From a virus (Duplodnaviria; Caudoviricetes), in the IMG/VR virus record IMGVR_UViG_3300030451_004511, positions 1 to 56,621 of that record: a stretch of 56,621 nucleotides of DNA; one strand, given 5' to 3'. The notes beneath the pieces were generated by a model. That model saw only the letters and a program-made list of their open reading frames with translations. It was not told where the DNA came from and made no database searches. Positions 56,616 to 56,621 of the stretch are shown piece by piece. Position 1 is the first letter of the stretch. Each line of letters starts with the position of its first letter. Position numbers and translations under genes: made by a program.

Positions 56616-56621
56616 TAGCTA
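55825..56621. repeat. Imperfect terminal direct repeat, right copy
   Basis: Ungapped match to 1..797. Confidence 0.95.

Noticed and set aside
1-56621. Stop-codon reassignment, integrase/prophage boundaries, tRNA genes
   Set aside because: Genes are full length and densely packed in the standard code; I saw no recombinase, att-flanked host genes or cloverleafs by eye.

Overview
The window looks like an essentially complete, circularly permuted genome (about 55.8 kb) of a tailed dsDNA phage with podovirus-like gene content. The host is probably a gammaproteobacterium, inferred from CsrA and DUF1289 genes. The minus strand (43.5-56.6 kb continuing into 1-21.9 kb) carries the late genes: terminases, P22-like portal, scaffold, N4-gp56-type capsid, adaptors, ejection proteins (including a 2270-aa polyvalent protein), tail and fibre genes, an M15 endolysin with holins, and a run of tiny Lys/Arg-rich proteins. 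The plus strand (22.2-43.4 kb) carries early and replication genes: AAA ATPase, VWA-peptidase, PolA, CsrA, SF3 primase-helicase, Cas4-like nuclease and SNF2 helicase. I found no integrase, RNA polymerase, reverse transcriptase, tRNA or CRISPR array. The most unusual signals are non-coding and lie in the early region: (1) eight or nine 23-27-nt hairpins, each followed by an RGNTRTHYAT box, whose loops and mismatches favour folding of the template strand, as in N4 ssDNA-hairpin promoters; (2) four ribosome-binding sites folded as GGA-hexaloop hairpins matching CsrA operators, in a genome that encodes its own CsrA; (3) an H-type pseudoknot, a 24-bp RNA stem and other candidate structured RNAs; (4) a palindromic GGAACC iteron array. 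The two window ends are diverged alleles (about 89% identical) of one tail-fibre gene that share an exact 77-nt overlap. All family assignments come from motif recognition by eye, not database searches.
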